A stretch of DNA of 54,422 nucleotides from Clostridia bacterium (lineage in GTDB: Bacteria; Bacillota; Clostridia; TANB77; CAG-508): NCBI GenBank assembly GCA_017477355.1, contig JAFUWA010000010.1:1-54422 (forward strand), in the 5' to 3' direction. A model generated the notes under the pieces. That model was given only the letters and a program-made list of their open reading frames with translations, was not told the DNA's origin and did no database searches. This document shows positions 21,191-31,431 of the stretch, one piece after another; within the stretch, counting starts at the first letter, position 1, and every line of letters starts with the position of its first letter. Made by a program: the position numbers and the translations under genes.

Positions 21191-21979
21191 TTAAAAACTC
21201 CTCTTATATCTTTTACCAGTAAATTTGGCAAGCAAGAAAGAACTACCCTTCTTGAACCAATTTACTTTTTGCATATCTATTACTTTTACTTCTTGATAAG
21301 AATATTTTCTCGTTCTTATCCAAACATCTAATAATCTTTCGGAAATACGTCCAAAGAAACGACTATGAAAACTATCATATTGTGAAAAATCTACTCTATT
21401 TTCTAACTCAAATAAAATACTAAATAACCATTCACAATATTCATTTAAAATTTCTTTTTTCATAATAAACATATTAAAGGCATGCATTTTAGTTGTCTTC
21501 TTTAAATTTTCAAATTCTGGATAATATTCTGGGTATTTTTCTTGAATAATTTGTCCTGTAGCATCTAGTGGTTCAATATACATGGTATGTTTATAATGAT
21601 CATAAATATTTTCAATATAGTAATTTCTAGGTTTTGGAAGAATTATATCTGTTTTTTCTAAAATAGCTTCTATTTCTTTTCGATTTAATACTCTTTGGAA
21701 TTTCTCTTGCTCATTTTTAAATACAACAGATTGCATAGTAAAATATCTTCTATAATGAACTAATCCAATATAATCACAATCTAAATTTTTCCATGCCCAA
21801 TAAAGACCAGTTAACTCACAAAAATAAGGATTTTTGATAGAAATATTTTCTCCAGTATTGTCTTTTGGAAAGCCAATATCTTCTTTTCCTTCCCCTCCCA
21901 CATGAAGAGGAAAATAAACATCTTCTTCTGGTACCTGATATTTTTTATGAGCTGCAATAATAATTTTTATATTTTTCAA
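21191..21979 (-). CDS. DUF4422 family glycosyltransferase
   Basis: DNTGENIS.KNP.FCELTGLYWAWKN, GLVHYRRYF, ERLLDVW. Confidence 0.88.
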   Translation of the reverse strand: MKNIKIIIAAHKKYQVPEEDVYFPLHVGGEGKEDIGFPKDNTGENISIKNPYFCELTGLYWAWKNLDCDYIGLVHYRRYFTMQSVVFKNEQEKFQRVLNRKEIEAILEKTDIILPKPRNYYIENIYDHYKHTMYIEPLDATGQIIQEKYPEYYPEFENLKKTTKMHAFNMFIMKKEILNEYCEWLFSILFELENRVDFSQYDSFHSRFFGRISERLLDVWIRTRKYSYQEVKVIDMQKVNWFKKGSSFLLAKFTGKRYKRSF

Positions 21980-22075
21980 AGTATAATCCTTTCAAATTTT
22001 TCCATAAAAAAATACTATGTATCAATTTACAAAATTCATACATAGTATATCATTAGTCGACATATATTTCAAGCA

Positions 22076-23647
22076 TTAGTTGCCATTTTTTGCATTTTTT
22101 TCGCTTAGTAATTTAGGGTTTTCCAGCTCTTCCTTTTCCTTCAAAAACAACCTTGCATCCTTAAAGAAACTAGCAACGATTAATAGAATAATTAGTCCAA
22201 TTGGTAAAGCTGCAATTAATGATACTGATTGTAATTGATTCATGGAATTTTCTGCAAATAATAATCCAATTGGCAATACAATAAACATAATTGCCCAGAA
22301 TACTCTTACTCTTTTGGCAGGCTCTTTATCTACTGCTAATCTCTTATAAGAATATGATGAAATAACCATTGTTAAAGCATCAAATGTAGTAGAATAGAAT
22401 GAAATCATCGTAATTACTAGTAAAATTAAGCCAAATTTTGCGAGTGGTAATGTTTCAAATATTTGAATAATAACATCATAGTAATTAGCTCCTCCTGCAA
22501 TCGCTCCACTAATATCTAATCCATGTTTTAATTGTTGAGCTAATCCATAATTTCCTAATATAATAAATGATACAAATGTTCCAGCTAATCCCCATCCATA
22601 ACCGCCGATAACAACATTTTTAACGCTTCTTCCTTTGCTAATACTTCCAATAAAGAATGGAGTTGCAACACACCAAACCATCCAATATGACCAATAATAA
22701 ATTGTCCAGTTTTGAGGAAAACTTGTTTCTCTTAACGGATCCATCCAAGTTGCCATACCAACAAAATTTTGCACCATATTTCCTAATGCTGAAAATCCAG
22801 TTTCTAAAATATAAGACGCTTCTTTTCCAAATACTAAGAAATACAATAATAAAGCAAAGAACAAATATGTGCACCAATTAGCAAGTTTCGAAATTCCTTT
22901 CATTCCTAAAACAACAACTAAAGTATAAACAGTTACAATTACCAAAAGAATTCCGATTGTTAAAGCTGTTCCTGCAGGAACGCCAAATACATAACTAATA
23001 GCATGGGATAATAATGGTGTTGCTAAAGAAAATGTTGTTGCTGTACCAGCAATTAAAGCAAAAATAGCAATTAAATCTATTACTTTTCCAAGTGGTCCAT
23101 CTACTTTTTTGCCTAGAAGAGGTCTACATGCCTCAGAAAATTTTTGCTGATCTCTTTTCCTAATATGCAACATAAATCCAAATGCAACAGCAAGAGCAAT
23201 ATAAAAACTCCATGCAATTGGTCCCCAATGGAATAATGGGAATGTTGATGCCCATTTTTGAATACCACCTAATTGTTCGATGTAAGGCTCATTTGCATAC
23301 AAAGCCCATTCACATAAAGAATAAAATAAAATATCTGCTGCCATTGTTGAAGTGAAAATCATTGTTCCCCATTTAAATGAAGAATATTCTGGCTTATCTG
23401 ATGGTCCACCTAATTTTATTTTACCATATTTTGAAAATGCCATATAAATCGTAACTGCGAATATTCCAGTTCCTAGGATTGCGTAATACAATCCCATATC
23501 ATCTCCAATAAATCCACGAATATTGTCTAGTATCATTTTAGATTGACTTGGAAATGTCATAAATATTGCAAACAAAATTCCTACAAAGATAAATGGAACT
23601 ACTGTTGCAATCCAATCAATTTGCTTACTTAATTTTTCTTCTTCCAT
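22076..23647 (-). CDS. BCCT family (choline/betaine) transporter
   Basis: KYGKIKLG, FHWGPIAW, WTIYYWSYWMVW motifs, located in the lic operon. Confidence 0.9.
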   Translation of the reverse strand: MEEEKLSKQIDWIATVVPFIFVGILFAIFMTFPSQSKMILDNIRGFIGDDMGLYYAILGTGIFAVTIYMAFSKYGKIKLGGPSDKPEYSSFKWGTMIFTSTMAADILFYSLCEWALYANEPYIEQLGGIQKWASTFPLFHWGPIAWSFYIALAVAFGFMLHIRKRDQQKFSEACRPLLGKKVDGPLGKVIDLIAIFALIAGTATTFSLATPLLSHAISYVFGVPAGTALTIGILLVIVTVYTLVVVLGMKGISKLANWCTYLFFALLLYFLVFGKEASYILETGFSALGNMVQNFVGMATWMDPLRETSFPQNWTIYYWSYWMVWCVATPFFIGSISKGRSVKNVVIGGYGWGLAGTFVSFIILGNYGLAQQLKHGLDISGAIAGGANYYDVIIQIFETLPLAKFGLILLVITMISFYSTTFDALTMVISSYSYKRLAVDKEPAKRVRVFWAIMFIVLPIGLLFAENSMNQLQSVSLIAALPIGLIILLIVASFFKDARLFLKEKEELENPKLLSEKNAKNGN

Positions 23648-23651
23648 TGTT

Positions 23652-24377
23652 TTATCTATCTAAATCCTTTCCTAAATTTTGATAAGATGCGTCTAATGCT
23701 ATTAATTCATTAACTGTATCAATTTCAATAATGTCATCTTTTTTCATTTCAAAAATTCCTAAATCATATTCTTTAGGATAACAAAATAATGCTACATCAT
23801 CCCAAAAAATATCTGTATTTTTCTTTTCATCAAATTCTATTTCAAGATGTTTTTTTAATCTTTTTCCATCTTCTTTTGTCCATCTAGAAACACTGTATAA
23901 TTGCCAACCCTTGTTACCTCCTGTTCTACTACAACTCGTAACAGAACCATTTTCCACTTGTAAAAGCCATTCTTTGGTTGGCTCTTCTACCCACACACAG
24001 TTGTATCCAGATTTTTCAAATTCTGGAGCTAATATTTCTTTATGGAAAATTATTTGATCTCCATCTAAAATAATGGCATTTTCAATATAATCTCTTGCAA
24101 CATAAAGAGAATAAATATTATTATATTTATCATATAAGTTGTTTTCCAAAATTGTAATTCCATCATATTTTTCTTTTAGATACTGAAATTGCTCTTTTAA
24201 ATAACCAACTACAATATAAATTTCATGAATACCATTTTCTTTTAAAGCTTCAATCGCTGTTTCAATCATTGCTTTGCCATTTACTTTTACCAATGGTTTT
24301 GGCGTTGTAAGTGTAATTGGTCTTAATCTAGTTCCTTGCCCAGCAGCCATAATAATTGCTTTATCTACTTTGTTCAT
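23652..24377 (-). CDS. licC: CTP:phosphocholine cytidylyltransferase
   Basis: AIIMAAGQGTRLRPIT..TPKPL, YNNIYSL, EIDTV.EL. Confidence 0.88.
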   Translation of the reverse strand: MNKVDKAIIMAAGQGTRLRPITLTTPKPLVKVNGKAMIETAIEALKENGIHEIYIVVGYLKEQFQYLKEKYDGITILENNLYDKYNNIYSLYVARDYIENAIILDGDQIIFHKEILAPEFEKSGYNCVWVEEPTKEWLLQVENGSVTSCSRTGGNKGWQLYSVSRWTKEDGKRLKKHLEIEFDEKKNTDIFWDDVALFCYPKEYDLGIFEMKKDDIIEIDTVNELIALDASYQNLGKDLDR

Positions 24378-26132
24378 TTATTTTTCCTCCAATTTTTGAA
24401 GTTCTTCTTGAACGATTTTATAATAATCTTTTGCATATCTATATTGTGCAATAGAATATTCTCCATACTCTACTCCTAAATTGCTTTTATATTCGCACCA
24501 GTTGCTCCATAAAAGGCCACACATTGCCATATAACAATAAATCTTAATTCTTGTTATTTGGTCACATTGATTTTCATAGTAAATATCAATCAATTTATCT
24601 GCCCATTTTCTGTCATACATCGCATAAATGATAAACATAGCAATGTCTACATCTGGATCTTGAAGACCTGCATATTCCCAATCAATTAAGCGAATATCCT
24701 CTTTAGAAATTAAGAAATTATCTGGATTTGCATCAATATGTGTTAAAATATAGTCTTTTCTATTTTCATCTATAAATTTTCTTAAAGAAAAAACATTTGC
24801 CTTTGTTTGTTCATAATCCTGATATACAGATTTCTTTCCTTCCCATAGTTTTTCATAAAAATCAATTTCTTTCCAAATATTAAATTCATGTTTTACCATA
24901 AATTTTCGTTTATGAAACTCTTTTAATTTTTGAATACAAGCTCTTACTTCTTTTTCATTATAAGGATCGCAAACTCTTGCATTATCTACATATTTAGTAA
25001 TTTTATATCCATTTTCAGGATTAATATAAATAATATCGTCACAAATTCCTTGATTTCTTACAACATTATATGCTGCAGCTTCTTGTTTTCTATTAACTAA
25101 TTTATCACTACCTTCTCCAGGAATTCTCATGATATATTTTTGACCTTTGCATGTAAAAATGAAAGAACGATTTGTCATTCCCTTTTTTAAGACTGCGATA
25201 TCTACAATTTCAGAACTTTTCACATCCAAAGCCTCTTCTATAATTTTAATTGCCTTATTTTCTAAATTCTGAGAATTAGTATCTAAATCTCTTAATTCCT
25301 CATAAGTATTAATTTCATATGCTATTTCTTCCCTATCAATATTTGCAAGAATTGTCATCTTTCCATTCTCGAATAAAGCATCTTCCCAAAAAGCTTGATT
25401 ATATTTCTTATTTTCAGATAGCTCTTTTAATCTCACTTTTAATTTTTGAGAATCGCTCTTTACAAGATAGGTAATTCCAATCATTTTATTTGCTTTTTCA
25501 TCTGTTGTGCTTAACAAAATCTCGGATTTTTTATTTACTCTAACTAAACCATCTTCTGAAAGAGAGTTGCTTACCATATACCATGAATCTAATTCATTTT
25601 TATTAAAAGGATTCTTTCTACACCAGATATCGCAAGGAATAATATAAGTATTAGATAAATGTGGTAAAGCATATTTTAAAGAGTGTAGATTGTTTTTAGT
25701 AGAATAATCTGGGCTAAAAATCAACTTCACATTGTATTTATCAATTAAGTATTCATAGCTTTCCTTCATAAATCCTACTACTACATAGATTTCTCGAATA
25801 TTAACATCATGTAATTGGTGAATAATTCTTTCGACTAACGTTTCCCCTTTTACTTTTAAAAGCCCTTTTGGAATCTCTAGATTGATAGGAACCATTCTCA
25901 TTCCAAAACCTGCAGCTAGTATAACCGCACTTTTAGGACTATTGTCTTGAAAAAGTTTTTTTGTTTTTGAAGTTGTTTTCATCTGGTCATCAATATAACC
26001 ATCTTCTTTTAATTTTTTTAAGACATTATTTACTAGTCCAAGAGAACAATTACTTGATTTTGCCAGTTCTCTTTGAGTTTTCCCGTTTTGCTCATACAAT
26101 ATTTTTAAAATTTCTTGTTCTTGTTTGTTCAT
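24378..26132 (-). CDS. HTH + LicC-like nucleotidyltransferase + LicA choline kinase fusion
   Basis: TQRELAK..CSLGLVN (HTH), ILAAGFGMRMVP, GMTNRSF, THID.NPDNF, IDWEYAG. Start taken at ATG 26132 after AAAGGA. Confidence 0.88.
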   Translation of the reverse strand: MNKQEQEILKILYEQNGKTQRELAKSSNCSLGLVNNVLKKLKEDGYIDDQMKTTSKTKKLFQDNSPKSAVILAAGFGMRMVPINLEIPKGLLKVKGETLVERIIHQLHDVNIREIYVVVGFMKESYEYLIDKYNVKLIFSPDYSTKNNLHSLKYALPHLSNTYIIPCDIWCRKNPFNKNELDSWYMVSNSLSEDGLVRVNKKSEILLSTTDEKANKMIGITYLVKSDSQKLKVRLKELSENKKYNQAFWEDALFENGKMTILANIDREEIAYEINTYEELRDLDTNSQNLENKAIKIIEEALDVKSSEIVDIAVLKKGMTNRSFIFTCKGQKYIMRIPGEGSDKLVNRKQEAAAYNVVRNQGICDDIIYINPENGYKITKYVDNARVCDPYNEKEVRACIQKLKEFHKRKFMVKHEFNIWKEIDFYEKLWEGKKSVYQDYEQTKANVFSLRKFIDENRKDYILTHIDANPDNFLISKEDIRLIDWEYAGLQDPDVDIAMFIIYAMYDRKWADKLIDIYYENQCDQITRIKIYCYMAMCGLLWSNWCEYKSNLGVEYGEYSIAQYRYAKDYYKIVQEELQKLEEK

Positions 26133-26166
26133 TTTATTTTCCTTTCTTATTTTTATGAACAAGTTA

Positions 26167-26195
26167 ATTATAAAACTACAATGTTACTTTGTCAA
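26167..26195 (-). promoter_or_regulatory. Consensus sigma-A promoter of the lic operon
   Basis: TTGACA-17 nt-TATAAT. Confidence 0.8.
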
Positions 26196-26219
26196 TATAA
26201 AAAGAATATATTTTCCAAA

Positions 26220-26253
26220 AATATAAGGATAGGCTTTTGACACCTACCCTTAC
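26220..26253 (-). terminator. Intrinsic terminator after the GH25 gene
   Basis: TAAGGGTAGG-loop-CCTATCCTTA followed by a T-rich tract. Confidence 0.6.
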
Positions 26254-26263
26254 CAAGTCTTAT

Positions 26264-28315
26264 TTAATTTACTAAATCTCCAAGATTCATTTCTTTATAT
26301 CTTTCTCCTATCCATGCACCACTAGAATCAAATGTATAAATTTTATTTCCTAATTCTAGTTCTTCTCCATGAAACATTTTACATTCGTCATCAAAATAAT
26401 ACCATTTTTTGTTGATATACATCCATCCGCCTCTTGCTGCGGCACCTTCCTTCTTAAAATAGTACCAATTACTTTCATAATATAACCAACTATTTTCTCT
26501 TATGGCACCTGAACTCTCAAAATAATATGGTTGTCCATTAATTACAATAAATGTCTTAGAAAGCATTTTACCTTCTAAATCAAAATAATACCAAATTCCT
26601 TTGATTTTCTTCCAATGTATCGCAGTTGTTCCATCTTCTTCAATGTAATACCAAACTCCATCAATATATTGCCAACCTGTCTTCTTTTCTTGTGCGCCAC
26701 TTTCACCAAAATAATACCAGTTATTGTCATTAGTTTTAACCCATAAATTAGAAATCATCGCACCGTTCTCATCAAATCCGTATGTTTTTCCATCAATTGT
26801 TAAAACTGTATTAGAGCACATTTCTCCAGACCAGTTAAAGAAATACCAAACATTATTAATTTTTCTCCAGCCTTTAACCATAATTCCTTTGTCAAAATAA
26901 TACCAGATATTATCAATTAACTGCCAATTATTTAAACCACATCCTTTTTTAAAATAGTACCAATTTCTTTGATTACCATCTTCTATTAAATGCCAACCAT
27001 CTTCTAGATTTGTCCAAACACCATTATTATCAAACCAATAAACTAATCCATCACTATATATCATAGAATTAGTAACCATTTGAGCAGTTTCCGGATCTAA
27101 ATAGTACCATACGTTTTTATATTTTAGCCAACCTTTTTGAGCTGCACCAGTCTCTGAGATGTAATACCATTTTCCATCTGAATCTTTATACCATCTTGTT
27201 CCGCCAATCATAGCTCCAGAACTATTGAAAAAATAATAATCATCAAAGATTTTAGAAACGCCTTCTTCTAGCATAATTCCATCATTTGGATTAAAATAAT
27301 ACCATTTTCCATTAATATATTTCCATCCAATTGCTAAAATTCCATCATTTGTTAAATAACACCAGTGGCTATCAATTTTGTTCCATCCAGTATTTTTTAT
27401 ATAAGGATTTAAACTGTTTGCAGCTTTCATTCCAGCCCAGTAGGCATAATCCACATCTACATCAACTCTTGTAGAAATTCCTGGAACTGTTGCATTATCT
27501 GTATATTGCCATAATTGATAGGAACCTTCATAACTTGTTTTATCCACATAATAATGAGCAACCCACGTATCGTAATCTTTCATTTGCCCCATTTTCCATG
27601 TGTCTCTTAAAGGAAATGCACTTCCATATAAGGAAACCGTATATCCTTTTTCTTTTATATAATCCAAAAACAATTTTGCGTTTTTATGCATTTGTTCATT
27701 GGATAAATTTGCTGTTCTATGTATACCAAATTCTTCAAAATCATAACAAACTGGATATTTCAATTTATAATTTTGAATACATTCATAAGTTAAAACTGCT
27801 TCTTGAAGAGCTTCTTCTTCATTTAATGCAGTTGAATAAAAATATACTCCAACATAAATTCCATTTGCTAAAGCATTCTCGATATTTCTATCAAAATATG
27901 TATCTTTTACTAATGTTCCTGTATCTCCATATCCTCTGAAACCACAACGAAGCATTGCAAACTTTACACCACTATCTGCAACAGCTTTCCAATCAATTTC
28001 TGCTTGATGTGAAGATACGTCAATTCCTACAACAGTTGTATCTGTAGCAAATCTCGCAATCAACTGACTAATTGATTCATCTGGTTTGGCACCTACTGTA
28101 GGATCTATTTTTGTACTTCCTCTTTGAATAAAGAAACTATCATCATCTTCTTCCAATAGTATTTCTTCTTGATAATCTTCTTCACTTACCACTTCTGGCA
28201 TTGTTGTTGAAATACCTTGAAATGTGATTAATTCTTCATTTGTTCCTAAAACATTTAATGTTAAAAAGAAAAAAACTATCCAAAATAAAATAAATATTTT
28301 TTTGAATCTTGCCAT
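26264..28315 (-). CDS. Secreted GH25 lysozyme/autolysin with C-terminal choline/cell-wall-binding repeats
   Basis: Signal peptide, GIDVS.HQ, DFEE, WQYT (GH25), then many GW.....WYYF...G.M repeats. Start taken at ATG 28315 after AGGAGG. Confidence 0.9.
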   Translation of the reverse strand: MARFKKIFILFWIVFFFLTLNVLGTNEELITFQGISTTMPEVVSEEDYQEEILLEEDDDSFFIQRGSTKIDPTVGAKPDESISQLIARFATDTTVVGIDVSSHQAEIDWKAVADSGVKFAMLRCGFRGYGDTGTLVKDTYFDRNIENALANGIYVGVYFYSTALNEEEALQEAVLTYECIQNYKLKYPVCYDFEEFGIHRTANLSNEQMHKNAKLFLDYIKEKGYTVSLYGSAFPLRDTWKMGQMKDYDTWVAHYYVDKTSYEGSYQLWQYTDNATVPGISTRVDVDVDYAYWAGMKAANSLNPYIKNTGWNKIDSHWCYLTNDGILAIGWKYINGKWYYFNPNDGIMLEEGVSKIFDDYYFFNSSGAMIGGTRWYKDSDGKWYYISETGAAQKGWLKYKNVWYYLDPETAQMVTNSMIYSDGLVYWFDNNGVWTNLEDGWHLIEDGNQRNWYYFKKGCGLNNWQLIDNIWYYFDKGIMVKGWRKINNVWYFFNWSGEMCSNTVLTIDGKTYGFDENGAMISNLWVKTNDNNWYYFGESGAQEKKTGWQYIDGVWYYIEEDGTTAIHWKKIKGIWYYFDLEGKMLSKTFIVINGQPYYFESSGAIRENSWLYYESNWYYFKKEGAAARGGWMYINKKWYYFDDECKMFHGEELELGNKIYTFDSSGAWIGERYKEMNLGDLVN
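26310..27396 (-). repeat. Array of about 20-aa cell-wall/choline-binding repeats
   Basis: Repeated GW-x-x-I-x-G-x-WYYF-x-x-x-G-x-M units in the translation. Confidence 0.8.
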
Positions 28316-28485
28316 TTTCTGTCCTCCTTTGTTCTTTTCAAGTCTATCATACTGCATTTTTAATTTCAACCCCAAATCTTAACAATTTCAAATCAATAGA
28401 TTAATTCTACTAGAAAGAGACATAAAAAAAACGCGTACATCTATAAGACAATTATCTGCCTTATTTTGTTTCGCGTTTTAATTTT

Positions 28486-29116
28486 TTAAAAATACATTTC
28501 TACTTTAATTCCCTCTTTAACCAATTTCTTAAAGAGTTCTGCATCTTCGTGAGTACCAACAATATCTCCATAATGAATTGGAATTGCAATTTGCGGTTCA
28601 ATTGTATTTACTAAAGAAGCTGCTTCTTTAGCATTCATCGTAAATCTACCGCCAATTGGAACAAAAGCAACATCACAAGTAACTCTTTTGGCGTCTGGAG
28701 TCAAATCTGTATCTCCTGCAATATAGTAATGGATGTCATTAATCTCTAATATATAGCCCACCCATCCATTTTCAATTGGATGATATTGTTTTTCAATATT
28801 GTAAGCTGGAACTGTTTCAAATTTTATTCCGAAGAACTTCATAGTGTTTATTTGGTTCCACAATTCTGATTCTATCCTCGGCAAATCCTAATTTCATTGC
28901 ATTAACATAACAGTCTTCTGTTCCAATAATAATTGTTCGATCATTTTTTAATTTTAAAATATCCTCTTCTGAAAAATGATCGTAATGTGTATGTGTACAG
29001 AAAATAATATCTGCATCATGAGTCTCGTTTTCTATTTTATATGGGTCTATATACATAATGAGATGTTTATTAATTTTAATACTACTATGACATAATACTT
29101 CTATTCCTGATAACAT
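28486..29116 (-). CDS. Metallo-beta-lactamase fold hydrolase, 209 aa, requiring a +1 shift at CGGA (28831..28828)
   Basis: IDPY, THTHYDH in ORF 28817..29116. YIAGDTD, PIGG.FTM, IPIHYG in ORF 28486..28884. Joined by skipping C28831. Confidence 0.9.
28828..28831 (-). other. CGGA +1 recoding site (MBL hydrolase codon 96)
   Basis: GAA GTT CTT C GGA ATA AAA TTT GAA ACA GTT CCA GCT TAC = E V L G I K F E T V P A Y. Confidence 0.85.
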
Positions 29117-29133
29117 ATAAAATCCCCCTAAAT

Positions 29134-30714
29134 CTATCTCTTCTTTCTACGATAATTCCAAACTACAATTCCGATAAGAATAATGAATATTGGTATTCCA
29201 AAAATAATTAATTTTACAACTCTATCTTGAGATTCTGTTGTCTTAAATTCAGTTACATTTGCTGCTTTTCTAACTGTAATTAAATCTTCCTCATCTGCAA
29301 GCTCAGCAAAAGTATTTAATGCTAAATTAATATTTCCAGGATTACTCATTGTTGCTATTTGAACATTTCCATCTTGATAATTATCTACAAAAAATGTTGA
29401 GTTTGCATATAAAACTAATTTTGATTCTTTCTCTTCTTCTCCACTACCAACTGTTCTTGTGTACTCATTACCTACTGTATAAGTATCTTGTTCTAAATCT
29501 TTTAACGTAGCACTTGTAATACCTTTTGTATAATCAGTAATAAAGTAACAATCTGGAGATGTCATCAATATTTCAGAATTTGTAACTGTTACATTTTCTT
29601 CATTTACTTCATTTGTTGTAATTATTTGAGACCATGGCATAATTACCATTTGTTTACTAGTTGTATTCTGAAAACCAGAAGTAATTGGATTAGAATTAGA
29701 ATATCCTGGAATTAATACATAAGGAAGTGGTGAACTATTTTGATATGCTAAGTAATAATTACTATTTCCCTCATATAAAACACCTTTTTCAATTTTAGCA
29801 CCATATAAATCTAAAACATTTTGCAAATTTGTGTAATCTTTATCGTTTGGAATAATTGCACAAACTAATAAGTTACCACCATTATTTACATAGGTTTTAA
29901 TTAACTCAGCTTGGCTCTCTGATAGATCATCTTCTGGACTCATAATTGCTAAAATATCACAATCTTCTGGAATTTCAGTAATTGTTAATAAATTCAAATC
30001 CTCTGTTTCATAAACTTCTGCTTCTAAAAATCCACAAAGGTCATATAGCTCATTTGAAGAATATTCTCCATTTCCTGTTGCAAAATATACTTTAATTGGA
30101 TCATCTGTTGTAACTTTTAGAATTGCATTTGTAATTGTCTCTTCTGTAATATCGATTGTATCACCAGTTTCAAAATCATAATCTGAAAATTCATAGTCAG
30201 GATAAATTGTTCTATCTTTTTCTCCGCATACAATAACTAATGCAGAATAGTTTCCTAATCCGTATTTTGTAACAGTTTCATAATTAGTACTTTCTGTAAT
30301 AATTTCATATTTAATTTTTGAATTGAACGCATTATATTGTTGAATAAATTGAACAATATTGTTTTCCTTGGTATATCCATAAATATAGATTAATACATCT
30401 TTATCTAGATTCTTTAATTGATCTTTTGATGTCTGCGTTAAAGAATATAGATGATTTTGTGTTACATCTATTTGAGCTAAATTTTTAGAGTCTGCCCAAG
30501 TATTAATTCCCCAAACTACAACAATTAAAAATAATGTTAAAATGATTGTGTGAAGTTTATTAGTAATTAATCTTTTTCTGAATTTTAATGATAATTTTTC
30601 ACCAAAACTTGCTTTTTTGTATCCTTCTGTTTCTTCTAACTCTGGCTCAACTTGCTCTAAAGAAGTTTCTTCATTTTCTATTTCTGTGTTATCGTTTTTT
30701 TCTTTTTTACTCAT
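29134..30714 (-). CDS. GldG-like ABC transporter auxiliary protein
   Basis: IDVT.N.LYSLT..S, EE.ITNAI.KV, GNGE, N- and C-terminal TM segments. Confidence 0.82.
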   Translation of the reverse strand: MSKKEKNDNTEIENEETSLEQVEPELEETEGYKKASFGEKLSLKFRKRLITNKLHTIILTLFLIVVVWGINTWADSKNLAQIDVTQNHLYSLTQTSKDQLKNLDKDVLIYIYGYTKENNIVQFIQQYNAFNSKIKYEIITESTNYETVTKYGLGNYSALVIVCGEKDRTIYPDYEFSDYDFETGDTIDITEETITNAILKVTTDDPIKVYFATGNGEYSSNELYDLCGFLEAEVYETEDLNLLTITEIPEDCDILAIMSPEDDLSESQAELIKTYVNNGGNLLVCAIIPNDKDYTNLQNVLDLYGAKIEKGVLYEGNSNYYLAYQNSSPLPYVLIPGYSNSNPITSGFQNTTSKQMVIMPWSQIITTNEVNEENVTVTNSEILMTSPDCYFITDYTKGITSATLKDLEQDTYTVGNEYTRTVGSGEEEKESKLVLYANSTFFVDNYQDGNVQIATMSNPGNINLALNTFAELADEEDLITVRKAANVTEFKTTESQDRVVKLIIFGIPIFIILIGIVVWNYRRKKR

Positions 30715-30750
30715 TTTTTGATTCCTTTCAATTTAAATGTTATATAATTT

Positions 30751-31431
30751 TTATTTTACAGATTTCCTTCTTTGTAAAACAATAATTGTCAATAAAATAA
30801 ATAAGATTGAAAATGAAACAAATCTTACCACTTCATTTAATGCAATAACCCCTTGTGGGAAATGATCAAACATATACATTAATGAAAACTTGTAAAATTC
30901 CTGAGAAACTCCTGGTAAAAACCACATCAAAATAAATACACCTATTGTTAAAACAGAAGCAACAATTTGGTTTTCTGTAATACTTGAAGCAAACATTCCA
31001 AATGAAACATACGCACCACATAATAAGAAAAATCCAAACATTGTACATAAAGCAACTCTAATATCTGGTGAACCAAAATGTTTTAATACAAAGAAATGCA
31101 TCAATGTTCCTAAAACAGTTATTAGTACAATAATCATTGCTGCCAAAAACTTTCCCAAAACAATGGAAACCAAACTTCTTGGTGAAGTCAATAAGAGTTG
31201 TTCAGTTCCATTTTTTCTTTCCTCAGAAAACATTCTCATCGTTAATACTGGTATTAAAAATGTCATAATTGTTGACGCATCATAAAACGCATATTCAAAA
31301 TAAGCTACCCCTGCTGCAAATATAGAATTATAAAATAAAATACTAAACATTATCAAGAATAATCCAATAAAGATATATCCTATTGGAGATAATAAATAAC
31401 TCTTTAATTCTTTTTTAATTACCGCTAACAT
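30751..31431 (-). CDS. ABC-2 permease (GldF-like)
   Basis: KKELKSY..SPIGY, LTMRMFSEERKNGTEQLLLTSP. Confidence 0.88.
   Translation of the reverse strand: MLAVIKKELKSYLLSPIGYIFIGLFLIMFSILFYNSIFAAGVAYFEYAFYDASTIMTFLIPVLTMRMFSEERKNGTEQLLLTSPRSLVSIVLGKFLAAMIIVLITVLGTLMHFFVLKHFGSPDIRVALCTMFGFFLLCGAYVSFGMFASSITENQIVASVLTIGVFILMWFLPGVSQEFYKFSLMYMFDHFPQGVIALNEVVRFVSFSILFILLTIIVLQRRKSVK

Noticed and set aside
26310-27396. Possible CRISPR or DNA repeat array
   Set aside because: The periodicity comes from degenerate protein repeats in the GH25 gene. There are no identical direct repeats with spacers and no cas genes. No tRNA or rRNA gene was recognised in the window either.
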